Below are positions 22,144-34,838 of a stretch of DNA of 64,000 bases, piece after piece. The DNA comes from Dudresnaya verticillata (taxonomy: Eukaryota). The translations under genes were made by a program, and so were the position numbers. Numbering within the stretch: the stretch's first letter is position 1; every line of letters starts with the position of its first letter. A model generated the notes under the pieces. That model saw only the letters and a list, made by a program, of their open reading frames with translations. It made no database searches and was not told the origin of the DNA. The DNA lies in the NCBI GenBank assembly GCA_977862235.1, contig OZ374560.1, forward strand, positions 2,852,001 through 2,916,000, in the 5' to 3' direction.

Positions 22144-23250
22144 CTACTGGTGATGTAGCACGAGCGTTGGGCCGGACTCATCCCAAGTCATCCTTTCCAG
22201 CGCTCTTTCTACACAGTTGAAGGTGAAGCTTACTCTCTCATAAATCCTTTCAAACTCCAGGCACAATTCATCGGGAATGTCCAAATCGAGTGGATCGCGA
22301 GGGTCAGGAATACCGTCAAGTGGTGGAGGAGGTATCGTCCCGTTGTGAACATTTTGCGTTGCGGTTCCAGACCTAGAATAACTGTAGCTGCTTTGGCTTG
22401 TCGATGTTTCCGGGCTTGGTTCGTGTTCGAAGGAACTTCTTTCCTCTGATGTGGTGGATGTACTCGTGGCTTCGCCCTCAGTCGAAGACCGAGAGCTGCA
22501 AAAGCGCACAAGCTGGTCGCTAAATTCAAGACCTCCTCGTACAGCTCTTCCGTATATACTCATAAAGCCGTGGAGTTCATCGTGCTGGCACTGCTCGTTC
22601 CAGAATGATGATTGCTGCTGGTTTAGGGCATCTGCCATCCTTCCAGGATTAACAAAACCGTGTTGAATAGACAAAACCTCACCAACATGGATAGTGCCGC
22701 GACATAGCGGGCAAGGAATATATGAATAGTCCTTCTCCCGCATATAGTTTAGAATGCAGTGCACATGGAACACGTTGGGGCAATTTGGGCACTTGACTGT
22801 ACACATTGGATACATTGGATCGGTGCAAATTGTGCATTCATCGAACATGTTTCCAACGAGTTCAGATTCCACCAACTGAGAAACCTTGGTGTACTTCAAC
22901 TCACTTAGGGCTGCGATAGCACTCAAAATCAATCTATGACGAGTTTGCATCTGCCAACAAACGTACCAAAACTTCCTTGAGTACGTCTGAAAAGGCATCC
23001 GAAGCTGTTGAATTCTTCTCAACCCCTCACTGGCAAGGTTGGCGACTTCGCTTGAGTTTGGTGACATAGCGCAAAAAGTGGTTTCTAGTCCAGACCTTAT
23101 GCTAAGCTTTCTGTGGAACGGTTTCTGTTGTTGCCTTTCGAGGAAGCCAGTCGTCTTGGGTAGGGTTGAAAACTTTGAGAGCGGTGAGAAGTGGCGCTCC
23201 TCACCGGAAGAACCACTCCCCAACCACTTATATGCCTTTCTATTTTGCAT
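22144..23250 (-). CDS. RING/PHD-like zinc-finger protein, duplicate
   Basis: Translation identical to 2283-3389. Confidence 0.7.
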   Translation of the reverse strand: MQNRKAYKWLGSGSSGEERHFSPLSKFSTLPKTTGFLERQQQKPFHRKLSIRSGLETTFCAMSPNSSEVANLASEGLRRIQQLRMPFQTYSRKFWYVCWQMQTRHRLILSAIAALSELKYTKVSQLVESELVGNMFDECTICTDPMYPMCTVKCPNCPNVFHVHCILNYMREKDYSYIPCPLCRGTIHVGEVLSIQHGFVNPGRMADALNQQQSSFWNEQCQHDELHGFMSIYGRAVRGGLEFSDQLVRFCSSRSSTEGEATSTSTTSEERSSFEHEPSPETSTSQSSYSYSRSGTATQNVHNGTIPPPPLDGIPDPRDPLDLDIPDELCLEFERIYERVSFTFNCVERALERMTWDESGPTLVLHHQ

Positions 23251-26200
23251 GGCCGACGAGCTTCATAGGAAAGTATTTCTGGTGACAATATATACCCGTT
23301 CCAATAAAGTTATATCTTGTCACAAGAGAGTCTAATGTGAAAAGATTTTCTATCCCATAGCTCGCACATACTACCAAACGCTAAGAGCAATTTTCCCTCT
23401 CCATGGACAGTTCTCTACGGTCGGTGCAGCTAACTTATGATGTTATCATCGGTGTTCTCGGGATAGTGATGACTCAATTTTTTTATGGGTTGTTTAAGGT
23501 GGTCCTACGCGGGCGACACGGGCCCGTTAGCAGGCACACCAGCCCTGGGGGGCGAGTAACATTACTTGGTATCTTTACAGAGCGCACTGCAATGTATGTA
23601 ACTGGATCGGGGTGGGATGAGGGGGGCGATAGGGTCCCGGGGGCCGGGAAAGCAGTCGCGCAGAGATTTCGAATGGCACGGATGGGTGGTCGCGATAGCA
23701 GCAAGATCAACAGTGGTCGGTTTGGCCTTTGACACTTGCGCAGGGCTGGTAAGTGAGAACGGAGTGTTGCGAGGTGTGATGGGCTTTTCCGTGGGATAGA
23801 GAAGGTGCAAAGTGGATGGAATGTGGTCGTTCTCTCGTTCTTGTGACAGCGCCTAAATTTGTGAAGTTATTGAATGGTTTCACGGACACATTTTGTCCTT
23901 GCCTTTACTCACCGGTATCATCTAAGCTACTCGGAACTGGTTCCGGGAACATCCCTACGCGCATAAAGCATTCCGAAGGAGCAAAGAAGACGACCATCCA
24001 AGGCGCGACTGCTGCACCTGTAATACCGGTTCTTCTGTGTTGCACTGCTTCTCGCGAGTTGGCTCGCGGACCTGTTCGTTCTTCAGTACAGACGCCTTTT
24101 TTTACTAGAGCTCCCAGCTTCCGCTCTATTTATGCTCTCAACTCACTGGTACTCTTCCAATCTACGTCGTTGTTTCAAATGCAGCGGTCCCTCTAAATGC
24201 AAATAGTAAATGCTAACTCGACGGCAAAGCGTCCTATATATATGTCATCTGTCTTCCGCCATGGCATGAGTCAATTCATTTCCGGCTCGATTACCTTCTC
24301 CAACGTGCATAGCTGTGTAGCTTAGCCAACATCAATTCACGATTCATCCTATTTTCTAACACACCGATAGTTGTCGAAGGGAGTGAGGGTTTTGCTACGA
24401 TTATTCTCGTAGCTACGTCAGAACAAGAGATAACAAGAGATTCGTCGCAGTAAGTTCCGAATGGAACGGCGAAACTCCACAGGTTGACTTTCTTTGGGAG
24501 CTGCAACAGGATGCTCAAAGAGAACAATGCGGTTGCTGTGGAAGGGATGCGCCATAACCGGCAGATTTACTTGCAACTATGTCAACTTGCTGGTTTCGAG
24601 GATTGGGCGTTGTTGCGTGCATCTTTATTGCTCCAGGACGTGGGAAGCTGAACACAGCTGCAGTGCTCATGGCTCTCTTGTTCTTTAATAAAGGTCCCCA
24701 TCTCTCTCCTCTTCCCTCTCTCTCATGGCAAATATCTTCCAAGGAGCTATCAGTGCTGGACCTGGTTCCCGTGCTGGTCCACAACCAGCGCCAAATTGCG
24801 TCAGGTGCTACTAATAGCGTTTCATCGAATGCTGTGTGGCGACCCCGGCAGCTACGCTGTCTGCGCTATCCGCCCGTGAGCCGTGGCAGAATCTTCTCTT
24901 GAAGCTGTACGCGTGGTCGTTAGTCGTCTTTCCGGCTTTCATCGAGCTATAATACGCGCGCCCAACTGATGTTATCGCGCGCTGGGCGCCACCCTCCTTC
25001 TTAGAGTTGCTAGTTGACGAGCTGTCGGGTTACTAATAGGCCAATCTGCTTTTCACAATGTGCGTACTGGACATCTACGGACGTCCGCTGAACCAACGCC
25101 GTCGGTATTGCGCGGATTGTGAACAGTTGTGCATACCTGGTGTCGAAGTTGGCCACAGCCGGCGAAACGTACAAGCGGTCCCCCATCTACTGCCTCGTAT
25201 CGTTGCGTATCGGGAGAAGCGAGCCCCCTTTGGCTATATTGTCCACTAACACCGATGTCTCCACCGACAGGCATCGGAAATGTCAAAGTTCCAGCTAGCG
25301 CGGGGTGGAAGCAAGGCGGCACGAGGCGAGGCTCACAATGTTTGCATGGCCGCTCACCGCCTCGATCGCGCAGTATCCCTGCACCGTGCTCACGCCTCCC
25401 TCGCCCACGGCATCCGTCTCGCTGCGCTGCTCTGCACCCGCATGGATGGCCTCACCGCGGCGATGGATGTGGGGCACGGTGCACCTCTCACGCAAGGTGC
25501 TGGGAGAGGGTACGCCGGGCTCGCAGAACGCGCCGGGGATTCACCGTGGCGGCGGGGTGGGGCTGTTCAACTGCAGCTTGGACGACCGCGTGGCGCTCCG
25601 ATGCGTCTACTGCGTCGAGTACGGCGACGCGCAAATACCGGAAGACACCGGGGGAGGCAGCGTGCCGTGTGTGTTCGAGCTGTCCGCCCCTGCCGGGGTT
25701 CGCGCACGGGGTAGCACACCGCGTGCGACAGGCACTGTTTGGGACTCCGGCCGCACCGGTAACGGAAAAAGCGTTCTTCGAATCACTTGTCGATCGACTA
25801 CGATGACGATACGTTCAGTGACGGCGGGATGCTATCCACAAGGGCTGCAGGCAATAACATCGCAAACACAAATGCAATAAGCAGCATGTTGCACCAATTC
25901 TCTCCCCTTCGGCAATAGGTATTGCAATATACAATGTCACTGCAACAACAATTGCAATTGTAATTACGAGCCCGACAGCCCTGGCACTAACGGCAAAGCG
26001 GTTCACTCCCACTCCTTCCCATCGCCCTTCCACGTCTTCTGCTTGCCATACACGAACCCCGCCGCGTACGGTGGATTGCTGCCGGCTTCGCAGACAATGC
26101 GTCCGGGCCTTTTCCTGCACCAGCAAGTCGCGATGCCGGACATCCGTTCGCCCCAGGCGTGACTTACGCACTCTGTGTTATGCTCCCGTACCAGCCGCCC

Positions 26201-26454
26201 TTCACAGCTCCCCAGTCTCGCAAAATCAATGAAGTAGGTGCGGTGCACAGGCCGTGCGCCGTTGTGCGTCATGGAAGAAGCAGCAGGTGGAAGGGATGGG
26301 ATGGGCGAGGGCCATCGAGAAAAGAAGGCGGCGCACCGAATATGTAATACCTATTGTGTCGTCATGAGCTGCGTCGCAATAATGATTGCTGCAGGCAGTA
26401 AACGATGAGATATATTAAACGGCAACGACAAACGTATACTATGGACCAACTCAA

Positions 26455-29400
26455 CTAGTGACTTTCTAGTTTCTGGAGTAGTGTGATTGCGGCTCGTTGA
26501 GCAAAATCCTCGTTCGACTCTTCACGGTCATTCCGAATACCAACAAACGAGCTTAAACGCCCGGCCAAGTCAGCAATTTTCGTTGATGGCGATTGACTCC
26601 GTCGTTCGTACGTGAAAAACCCTCTCCTCCTGAAAAGATCGTTATTCTCTCCATGGAAAACATCCATCGCCTTCTGACATTCTTCGACCGAGAGTTTGTA
26701 GAACAACGGGAAAATCAACGGAGGTTTCTCGCCTCTTCCAACCGCCTCATCCGTCCGCTTGAAGAATTCTTCCAACTCTAGCATAGGCCACTTGCGAGCC
26801 AGGAACTCTGGTGACAGTATGAATATTGCAGCTCTGCTCCCTCGAATTGCAGCCATAATTTGGTCCTTATTCGTCTTTGTGGATACCTCGAGGCTTTTCT
26901 CATCTAAGAAACAACTGACCTTTGTGCCCATTGCATTCATTACCGGCACGGCGAGGCACCCCTTCTCGCTCCCTGCGTGGCTGATAAATACATCGAAAGG
27001 TCTTGCAGCTAGTCGCACGTCAACAGGCCGCGGACCTGAGCCCGCACTTGCTCCTTTGAGGATGTGCGGCTTCAATCGCTTGAAAGTCCAAAGCTGCTCG
27101 CAAACGCAAGTGCCTTCTGCTCGGTCCAGTGGCTGGCACTGCGTACTTGTTACCCAACTCCGACGGATACCCAACTGCACGCTACTGGAACTTCCACACC
27201 CCCCCCGCGCAATTCCTTAGGGCAGTCGGTGATCAGATAGTCTTTCCAGCTTGCATTGGTCCCATGCAGTGGTCCCTTCAAAAAATTTTCCATGCCCCGC
27301 AAACACTGGTGCGCAACCTGCACTGCTTCATCGGCATCCGCCCTTATAGTCCAGTCGATCCATCTCTTTTCTGGAATAAAGCGAACCACGACTCTACATG
27401 CTCCCGCAAGGGCCAGGATGACGGCATCTTGACGAAGCTCGGGCGGTTTTGTCCGCTCTATTCCAATGGTTCGGTGAAGGTACGCGATCAGTGACCCTGT
27501 CAGACTTGGCGGAATGGTATCAACAAACTCTGTTCGCAAAATTAGTTCACTCTCTCCGTCCTTTGTGTCACACGAGAACCCTTCCCAACCCTTTGGAAGC
27601 AGTGAAGGTATCCCGATTAGCTCGTTCTGTTCACCGTCCGCTCTTTCCACAGCCTGAAGGCGCATGATGATGTCAAATTGACAAAGAATGTCAAGCATGA
27701 CTTTTCGGACAGCCGATGGGTATTTACACCACAGTACCTCCAGTGCTTCACGGGGTATCAACCCATTCCGATAACCGTCTGCTTCATGCTTTCCCAGAGT
27801 CTGTAAAGTCCTTTCAAACTCTTTCGCTTCTTCTTCACCCAGTCTTTCTCGCATAAACTCAGCCGGGCCCGTGACCTGCCGAATAAAGTCCAGAATAACT
27901 GTTGGATCTGGGAACACGAACCATCCCTCGCCCGTCTGCACTTCTACGATATGGCCCTGCTGACTCTGGAATTGGACGCATTTCTCAACGTCGGCTTCTC
28001 TCTCCTCCTTGTCACTAGAGAATCCGGGAAGTCTGGCAGCATGGCTCTGAACTTCTGTCATTACCAGAAAGACTTTTTGGCTTTCAGTGGCGTGCGACAA
28101 AATGGTTTCCCTGAGGGCAGCCCACCGAACTGGAACCTCTTCCCTTCCGTCCAGAATGTCTTCACTCGCTTCCTTGATAAACTTCTCTAGTTCCACAACG
28201 CCTGACCCGGCACGGTCTTGTTCAGCACTGCTGTTCTTGTTCTCGATGGCAACCCACCGACACTTGTATTTGTCGACATCGCCCTTCTCACGTACCCAAT
28301 CATTGTAGACAGCCCTTCCAAGATGCTTTCGCAGTTTTTGTCGCAGCTGCTGAAACAAGTCTTCAGGGCTTTCAACTTCTGCCTTCCTGGTTCCCACCAG
28401 GATCACCCAAACGTTTTTCGGGGTTTGCGAAGACGTATGTGCCATTTGCATCCAGTTGCATAGTTCCAACACTTCGTCCTCTTGGGTGACTTCTGACGCA
28501 AACCTTTTCAGGTCTACCACGAAAACAAAAATGGAAGCGCGGCGGATGAAGATTGCGGGAACACTGAGGTACTCTGCCTGACCCCCAAGGTCCCAGCATT
28601 GCACCAACGCAGCTCGATTATCCGCAGGTAATGGGTTACTCATGAGCCCTTGCCGTGCTGCTTCCCAAATGGGAGACGATAGGGAGTTTAAAGACTGCGA
28701 AGCAGCAATACTGGGCGGAGCTGGTGGTTGTTGAGCAGTGGTATGGCTGCTTGCCAATGTGTCTCCACTCTGGGGAACGGTCCTCTTGGTCGGAGGAGCT
28801 CGGTTGAGCGAAGTGGGGGGTTTAAGGTGCAATCTTGCGGTGGATTTTTCACTCGGCCGCGATGGTGCATCAGTTGCAGTTGGGAGAAACGCCGATCCAG
28901 CTCGAAAGGAGCCGGCATCGGATGCACTTGCTGTAGATGACGTTGGTCGTTCCGTTGGCGTGGGTACCTCTTGAATCTCGGACCGTGACATGAGGGCATG
29001 GAAGGCCTCGCTGTTGAAGGCGAGCTGGTCGACAATGTCATCGTCCAACTTGGGGCCGTCCGGGACGACAAGAGTGCGACTCAGCGACACAAAGTGTGTC
29101 GGCTGGTGGGTGGCAACGAAGGGCATGGAGCGCAGGCTCCTTACCGTGCTTGTCTTGCCGCGTGCCGCACCGCCGAGAACAAGAAGAAAGCACTGCCGTG
29201 GCTTTGCTGTGGCGGTCTTGAGGGTGTTTTCAACAAGTGTGCTGGTGTCACCGATGCGGTTAAGAAGGTATTGCAAGTGGCTGCCGAAGAATTCAAGTTC
29301 AAAAGGCGTTAGCTGTTGATGCGCTGCTTGTTGATGCAGTTGGGCTGCTGCGTGCTCATCGCGAGCAACACCGACATCTCCGCGGCCAAGCAATGTGGCG

Positions 29401-30533
29401 AGCTCATAGAGTGCGACGCGGGAGCGATGGAGTTCGATTGAGCGTTGGAAGAGGCTCTTCGCGCGCGGCGGATCGCGCGCGTCTCCGATATGATTGGACA
29501 AAAGCGCTTGGCCCAACCAAACCATACACATTGGGGCGCTCTCGTGACCGCTGTCGCAGGCGCGTTGGAGCAGTTCGACGCCGCGCGGAACGTCTCTCGG
29601 AACATCGATTTCGCCGCTCAGCAGCAATTCGCCCAAAACGGCCATTGCGACGACATTTTCGCCCTCCGCGATGGCGCGGTCGTACAGCGCAGCGGCGCGC
29701 GGAGCGTCTTTGGCGACGCCGTCGCCGTTTTCGAGGAGAACGCCCAAATTGACCATTGCGGCGACATTTTCGCCCTCCGCGATGGCGCGCTCGTACAGCG
29801 CAGCGGCGCGTGGAGCGTCTTTGGCGACGCCGTCGCCGTTTGCGAGGAGATCGCCCAAATTGACCATTGCGGCGACATCTTCGCCCTCCGCGATGGCGCG
29901 GTCGAACAGCGCAGCGGCGCGTGGAGCGTCTTTGGCGACGCCGTCGCCGTTTTCGAGGAGAACGCCCAAATTGACCATTGCGGCGACATTTTTGCCCTCC
30001 GCGATGGCGCGCTCGAACAGCGCAGCGGCGCGCGGAGCGTCTTTGGCGACGCCGTCGCCATTTGCGAGGAGAACGCCCAAATTGAGCATTGCCTGCACAT
30101 CCGCAAACTCTGCAACGGCTCGTTCGTACAGCGCTGCCGCGCGCTTTGTGTCTTTGACAAAATGGCGCCATCCTTCAGAGAGATTCCATCCGAGATTGTA
30201 CAGCGACACCCCGCGCGGATCTCGCGCGTTGGCGCGCTCGACCAGCTCCGCGGCGCGGCGCTCGTCCTTGGGCACTCCCGCGGCCCCTTCCTTTAGCAAC
30301 AGTGCAAGGCCATGCCACGCATGGCATGACGCTTCGACACGGCATGTCGCTTTGTCACAGTCATCGTCGCCCTCATCAATCGCTCGCTCGAACAAGGCGA
30401 CGGCTTGCAAAGGTAGAACAGGCCCTCCATCTGAAGCGCCCCAGCACACAAAGGCGAGTGCAAGCATGTCGTCGACATCGGCATTGTCGTCGATAGCTTG
30501 GCGAAGGGCACGGCGCTGCGGTGTGGCATCCAT
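26455..30533 (-). pseudogene. Sel1-repeat/Roc/COR/TIR protein, paralog 1 copy B; +2 frameshift before TIR (G8 tract)
   Basis: As copy A but C8 at 27199-27206; frame stops at 27150, TIR in ORF 26455-27180. Confidence 0.85.
29629..30152 (-). repeat. 111-bp coding tandem repeat (Sel1 units), paralog 1 copy B
   Basis: Matches 9767-10290. Confidence 0.95.
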
Positions 30534-31561
30534 GTCGGCAGGAGCGGGCGGTCGAGCCGGTGGAGACGGTTGGAGATGGGATGGTTGGGGTGTGTGTGTC
30601 GGGAGCGAGTGCGCCAAGCGCACGGCGCTATTTATGCCGCGATGAAAGTTGCGAGTGGGACGGCGGGAGGTGTTGCATCGCGGCGTGTGTGGCGGTCCCA
30701 GAGCGTGCAGCAGGCGACTTGCTGGCGGTTGTAGGAAGAGAGGTTCTCGCGGTGCCGCGAGGTGCCGCGTGGGCGGCTGTGTGCCGCGCGGCGGAGCTGT
30801 TTTGCGCGGATGTTGTAAAAGTCGAAAGGCGCGTTGTCACGTCAGAGCAGTGCACGTGTATTTGGCGCTTGCGCCGATTGGCGCTCTGCGAGATGTTTCG
30901 GCCACGCACAAACGTCGTCATCGCTACAGCCCTTACAACAGAGTCGCGAGCCATCCTTCATCGCTTCGCGAGCTTCGTGCGGAGCAAGACCTGCTCCCCG
31001 CGAGCCGACTCCGGCCGTGTCCGGCCATGTTTTTCTGTCGGCGTCCGGCACGCCCGAGGTCTGAGGTGTTGGACATGAGGCGCTGGCCTAGTGGCCTGTG
31101 ACGCGGCTACGGAAGTCATCCAACGGGCGGCGCATTGCCGGTTGTTGGCGGAGGCGGTTGTCGTGTGCTGCGCGACGTGCGATCTCCCATCTCTTTTTGC
31201 CACGCAGCAGCCGCGTCTGTATGCCGGCGGATGTTGTAAAAGTCGGCAGGCGCGTCGCGTCGTTCATCAGCGGCTGTATGCTGCGGATGCGCATCACTGT
31301 ATTTCTACATCTGCAGCATCTTTGTCCCACCGCAAGTGCACCTCGCACGACAATGACGACAAACACAGCTCTCAACGCGACTCTCTCTCTCGATGGAAGC
31401 GCACTCGGCGATGCGCTGCCGCCGCCGACCGACCATGCAATGCGCGCGAGGTGTTGTTTCTTTATTGGTGTGGTCGCATAGCGTCATTCCTTGTTATAAG
31501 AATGCTTCGGTAAAAGAACAAGCCTTCCGTCCACCGATCCGGTTCCTTTGAAATCAGCCAG

Positions 31562-32332
31562 TACAGCTCACGTATGAGGGCCACATTCCTCGATAGCTGC
31601 TCGTGCACCTTTTACTGCCCTCCCGAATACCTATCGCGGTACTCGCTTCACCCCGGAGGAATGGATTACCGCGTGTGATATCCGCTTGGGCAACCCGGTT
31701 TTTACCGGCACTACTCGTTGTCCCCACTGTGTACTCACGCGGGGCGTGACGCAAGCTCCTCTACTTGATCCTCGCGGGAAACATGCCATCATCCGCGCTA
31801 GGCGCGAAGGTGCTATCCGGCGTCATAACACCTTACGCGATGCTCTAGCCAACGAATTCCGCCAGTTGGGCCTACGCCCTATCTATGTCGAATACTCGTT
31901 TCTCGCCGAACGTCATCTGCCCCCTACTTCTCGTCGCCGTATGGACGTGGTGGTTCCTATATCTGCCTTTAGCCCCCGCCCTCAGGCCTTTGACGTTACG
32001 GTGGCAGCCCCGTTTGCTGCCAATTACTGCACTGCCGCCTCTCGCTTGGGTGGGGCAGCGGCGACGCTCGCTGAAAGGCCCAAAAGAGCGCATTACCAAG
32101 ATCTACTCGACAGCGAGGGAATGGATTGGCCGCTTTACGTCCGAACAGAGAGGGAGTAACCCTTCGGACGAAACGCAAGCACTCACGAATCGCATTGTAT
32201 CTCATCTTCTCCGCTTTCAGGCGCTGGCGATCAATCGCCGTCGTCTTGCCCTTCAGGTAGGTCCTTGCGTAGACGGGGCGACTTAGCGCCCTTCCAACCC
32301 TACCATAAAGGTCCCCATCTCTCCCATCTCTC
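31562..32332 (+). mobile_element. CRE-like non-LTR fragment, duplicate
   Basis: Identical ORF 31686-32159. Confidence 0.8.
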
Positions 32333-34309
32333 AGAGCAGTGCACGTGTAGTGTATTTGGCGCTTGCGCGCGCTCCGCACGCGCCGCCATCCGACAATCAT
32401 CCGCGGCGCCCATCGATCACAGTCCCATCGTCACCTCGCGCCGCCGCCGCTGCAGCATTCTGCCGACACATCGCTACATCACGCGCTGCACCACGCTCGC
32501 CCCCCGCGGACGCACAGCACATCACATCCACAGAACTGGCGGTGCGCAGCAGGACAATGATACCTCGTCCCTCCCCTCCGCCGCGGCAGCAAAGCAGACC
32601 CACAAAAGTGTCTAAAAAAGCATTCCAATCTCCAATCGCATCGCCAACGCGTCAGCCCCTTACTCCATGTCGATACCGTTTTGGCGGTAGTGGTGCTCTT
32701 TAATTGATGGTTGTAGCTGTGTTGGTGGAGGTACGTAGTTCGGTAACAATACTCTTTGGCTGAAGCACTTACTATGTTTCGCTCAGTGAAGGCACCCCGC
32801 CCTCTCACCCCAAAAAGCAGTATTGCGCCCCGCCCCGTACGCAACACAGCAGGAGAGTCAGAACGCTCAAACCGACGTCATCGCTACGGCCCTTACAACA
32901 GAGTCGCGAGCCTTCGTTCATCGCAGCGCGATGCACGCGTATTTGGGGCTTGTGCGGATTGGCTCACTGTGGGATCTTTTGGCCACACCCAAACGTCGTC
33001 ATCGTACAGCTGAACTCAGTCGCGCAATCCCATCCATCATCCACCGCAACCGTCAGCATTTCGTGCCCACCAAACCACCTCGAGCTGCGCTCAACTCTGC
33101 CCGTGTTGCGCAGTCTCGCCGTCACACCCGCTGCCGCGCCAGACATCCCGACCACGCCTACCGCCGCTCCGCTCGCTGCAACCACCCGGCGAATCGCCCC
33201 CCTCGCTCCCATTGTACACTCAAACCTCTTGTTGCGCGTTGTCCTTGGCAGCAAGACTTGCTCGCTGTGGTGCACTCGCACACCATCGCGCCCCAGCCCG
33301 CGCCACTATGTTATTCGCTCCAGGTGTTGCATACGCTGTTTGACATTGTCGATGCTCTATAACAGCTTCTGCCCCGCGCGCGAGCGACTTGATCCCCACG
33401 ATAAACATCTTGTGTCCGTAGTGGTCCACAACCCAGCGCTAGCCGCTAACCAACCTCCCTGCGTCAGCTTGTCCATCCCTGGCACCTTGTGCACTGCGCT
33501 ACAGATCGACAGCGCCTTGGAAATGTCCTAGCGCAATCGCAGGATGAACCAGAAGAGCGTTGCGAGAAGGCGTGATTGGCGCGCCATGGTTGCTGCCGAG
33601 GGTGGCCGGTAGGGGTGCCGTGAAGGACTGTGACGGTTGTAGTGTAATGTTAGTGGGTGCTTTGATTTCGTCGGGGCCGCCTTCATACAAATACACACCG
33701 CGTATTGGTGCCCGTCGCGGATCACACCGAATTGATCTCTCCATGTGACCAATCAATGTCCCCGAACGGCAGAGGATTACCGGCACCCCGACGCCGTCAA
33801 TCGTGAGAAAAGCAGCTCCCCACACCATCACAACCGCCAAGTACGGTATGCACCACCGCGCCACACGAGCTCGCCACGCTCGACATGCCCATGTTTTAAT
33901 GCCCACCTCGCGCACCCACCTACTTCCACACGTCATCCTCGCTCCCTTCAGCCCCAAATACTGCAATTCGACCTGGAGCCACCAGGCCGGCTTCTTCATT
34001 TCAAAGATTTTATGTTTGGCTACTACTGATATACCTACAGCAGTTTGTAACCCAGTATCCAAACTCTTGTTGATTACATTCAGTACAAACCCGCCATTGC
34101 TCTACAAAGTTGCTCCCTCGTGCCAGCGCAGTTGCACTTCTCTCCTCTACACATATGGAATGGTAACATTTTAGACATAGAAACAGCACCGTACCGGTTG
34201 AACGTTCATGAATGATAGAGGTATTCAAGCAAGCATCCCTTTAATCGCAAGATTCAGAGTAAGTCCCTTAAGGGGCTTACTCTGAATCCTTAAGGGGACT
34301 TATTACCAA

Positions 34310-34650
34310 CTGTTGCTAACGCGGCGGTCTGCAAGCTTGCGCCTGTTAACAGAAACCGCGACACACTGTAATACTAAAGATGTAAGGCGGGTAAGAAGGG
34401 AGACCTTCTCGCTAGGCGGGGACGTGCCCTTTTTCTCACGAGGAAATTCGCAATGCGTTGCGCACCGCGATCATGGCCGATGGAGCCATAGATGCCTATA
34501 ACCATCGGATGTAGTTCGAAATGGTTGTTTTCGCAGAGGCGACGATAGTGGCGCGCTTTTTCCTTTTTACAAGATTGAATCGCAAGATGGGCTCGAGAAG
34601 AGAAAGAGTGGGGAGTTACGACCGAGACGTCAAACGCTTGAGCAGTTGGT
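34310..34650 (-). mobile_element. Second REL-endonuclease non-LTR retrotransposon fragment
   Basis: AQAFDVSVVTP...KKEKARHYRRLCENNHFELHPMVIGIYG in ORF 34374-34754, the same motif series as at 11824-12297; boundaries approximate. Confidence 0.6.
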
Positions 34651-34838
34651 GCGAAGCCGATCAATGAGCGCTTCAACTGAACTGAAATAACTGAACTGAA
34701 ACGCTCGTTGATTACCCGTATCGTTTTATTCGCCTGCAGTATACTGCTGTGCATGTTAATCGTCGCCGTACGTATTCCAAACCAATAGCTTAGACACCTC
34801 TACGGAGCGTACTACCCCGTCACGGATATAAATATACG

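Larger units (their letters stand above)
19862..33345. repeat. Segmental tandem duplication, copy B
   Basis: Near-identical to 1-13483. Differences seen at ~3456/23317, 7338-7432/27199-27294 and in the last ~300 bp. Confidence 0.97.

Noticed and set aside
33346..34230. 187-aa ORF / possible Cys-rich pseudogene
   Set aside because: No motif support and multiple stops in the candidate frame.
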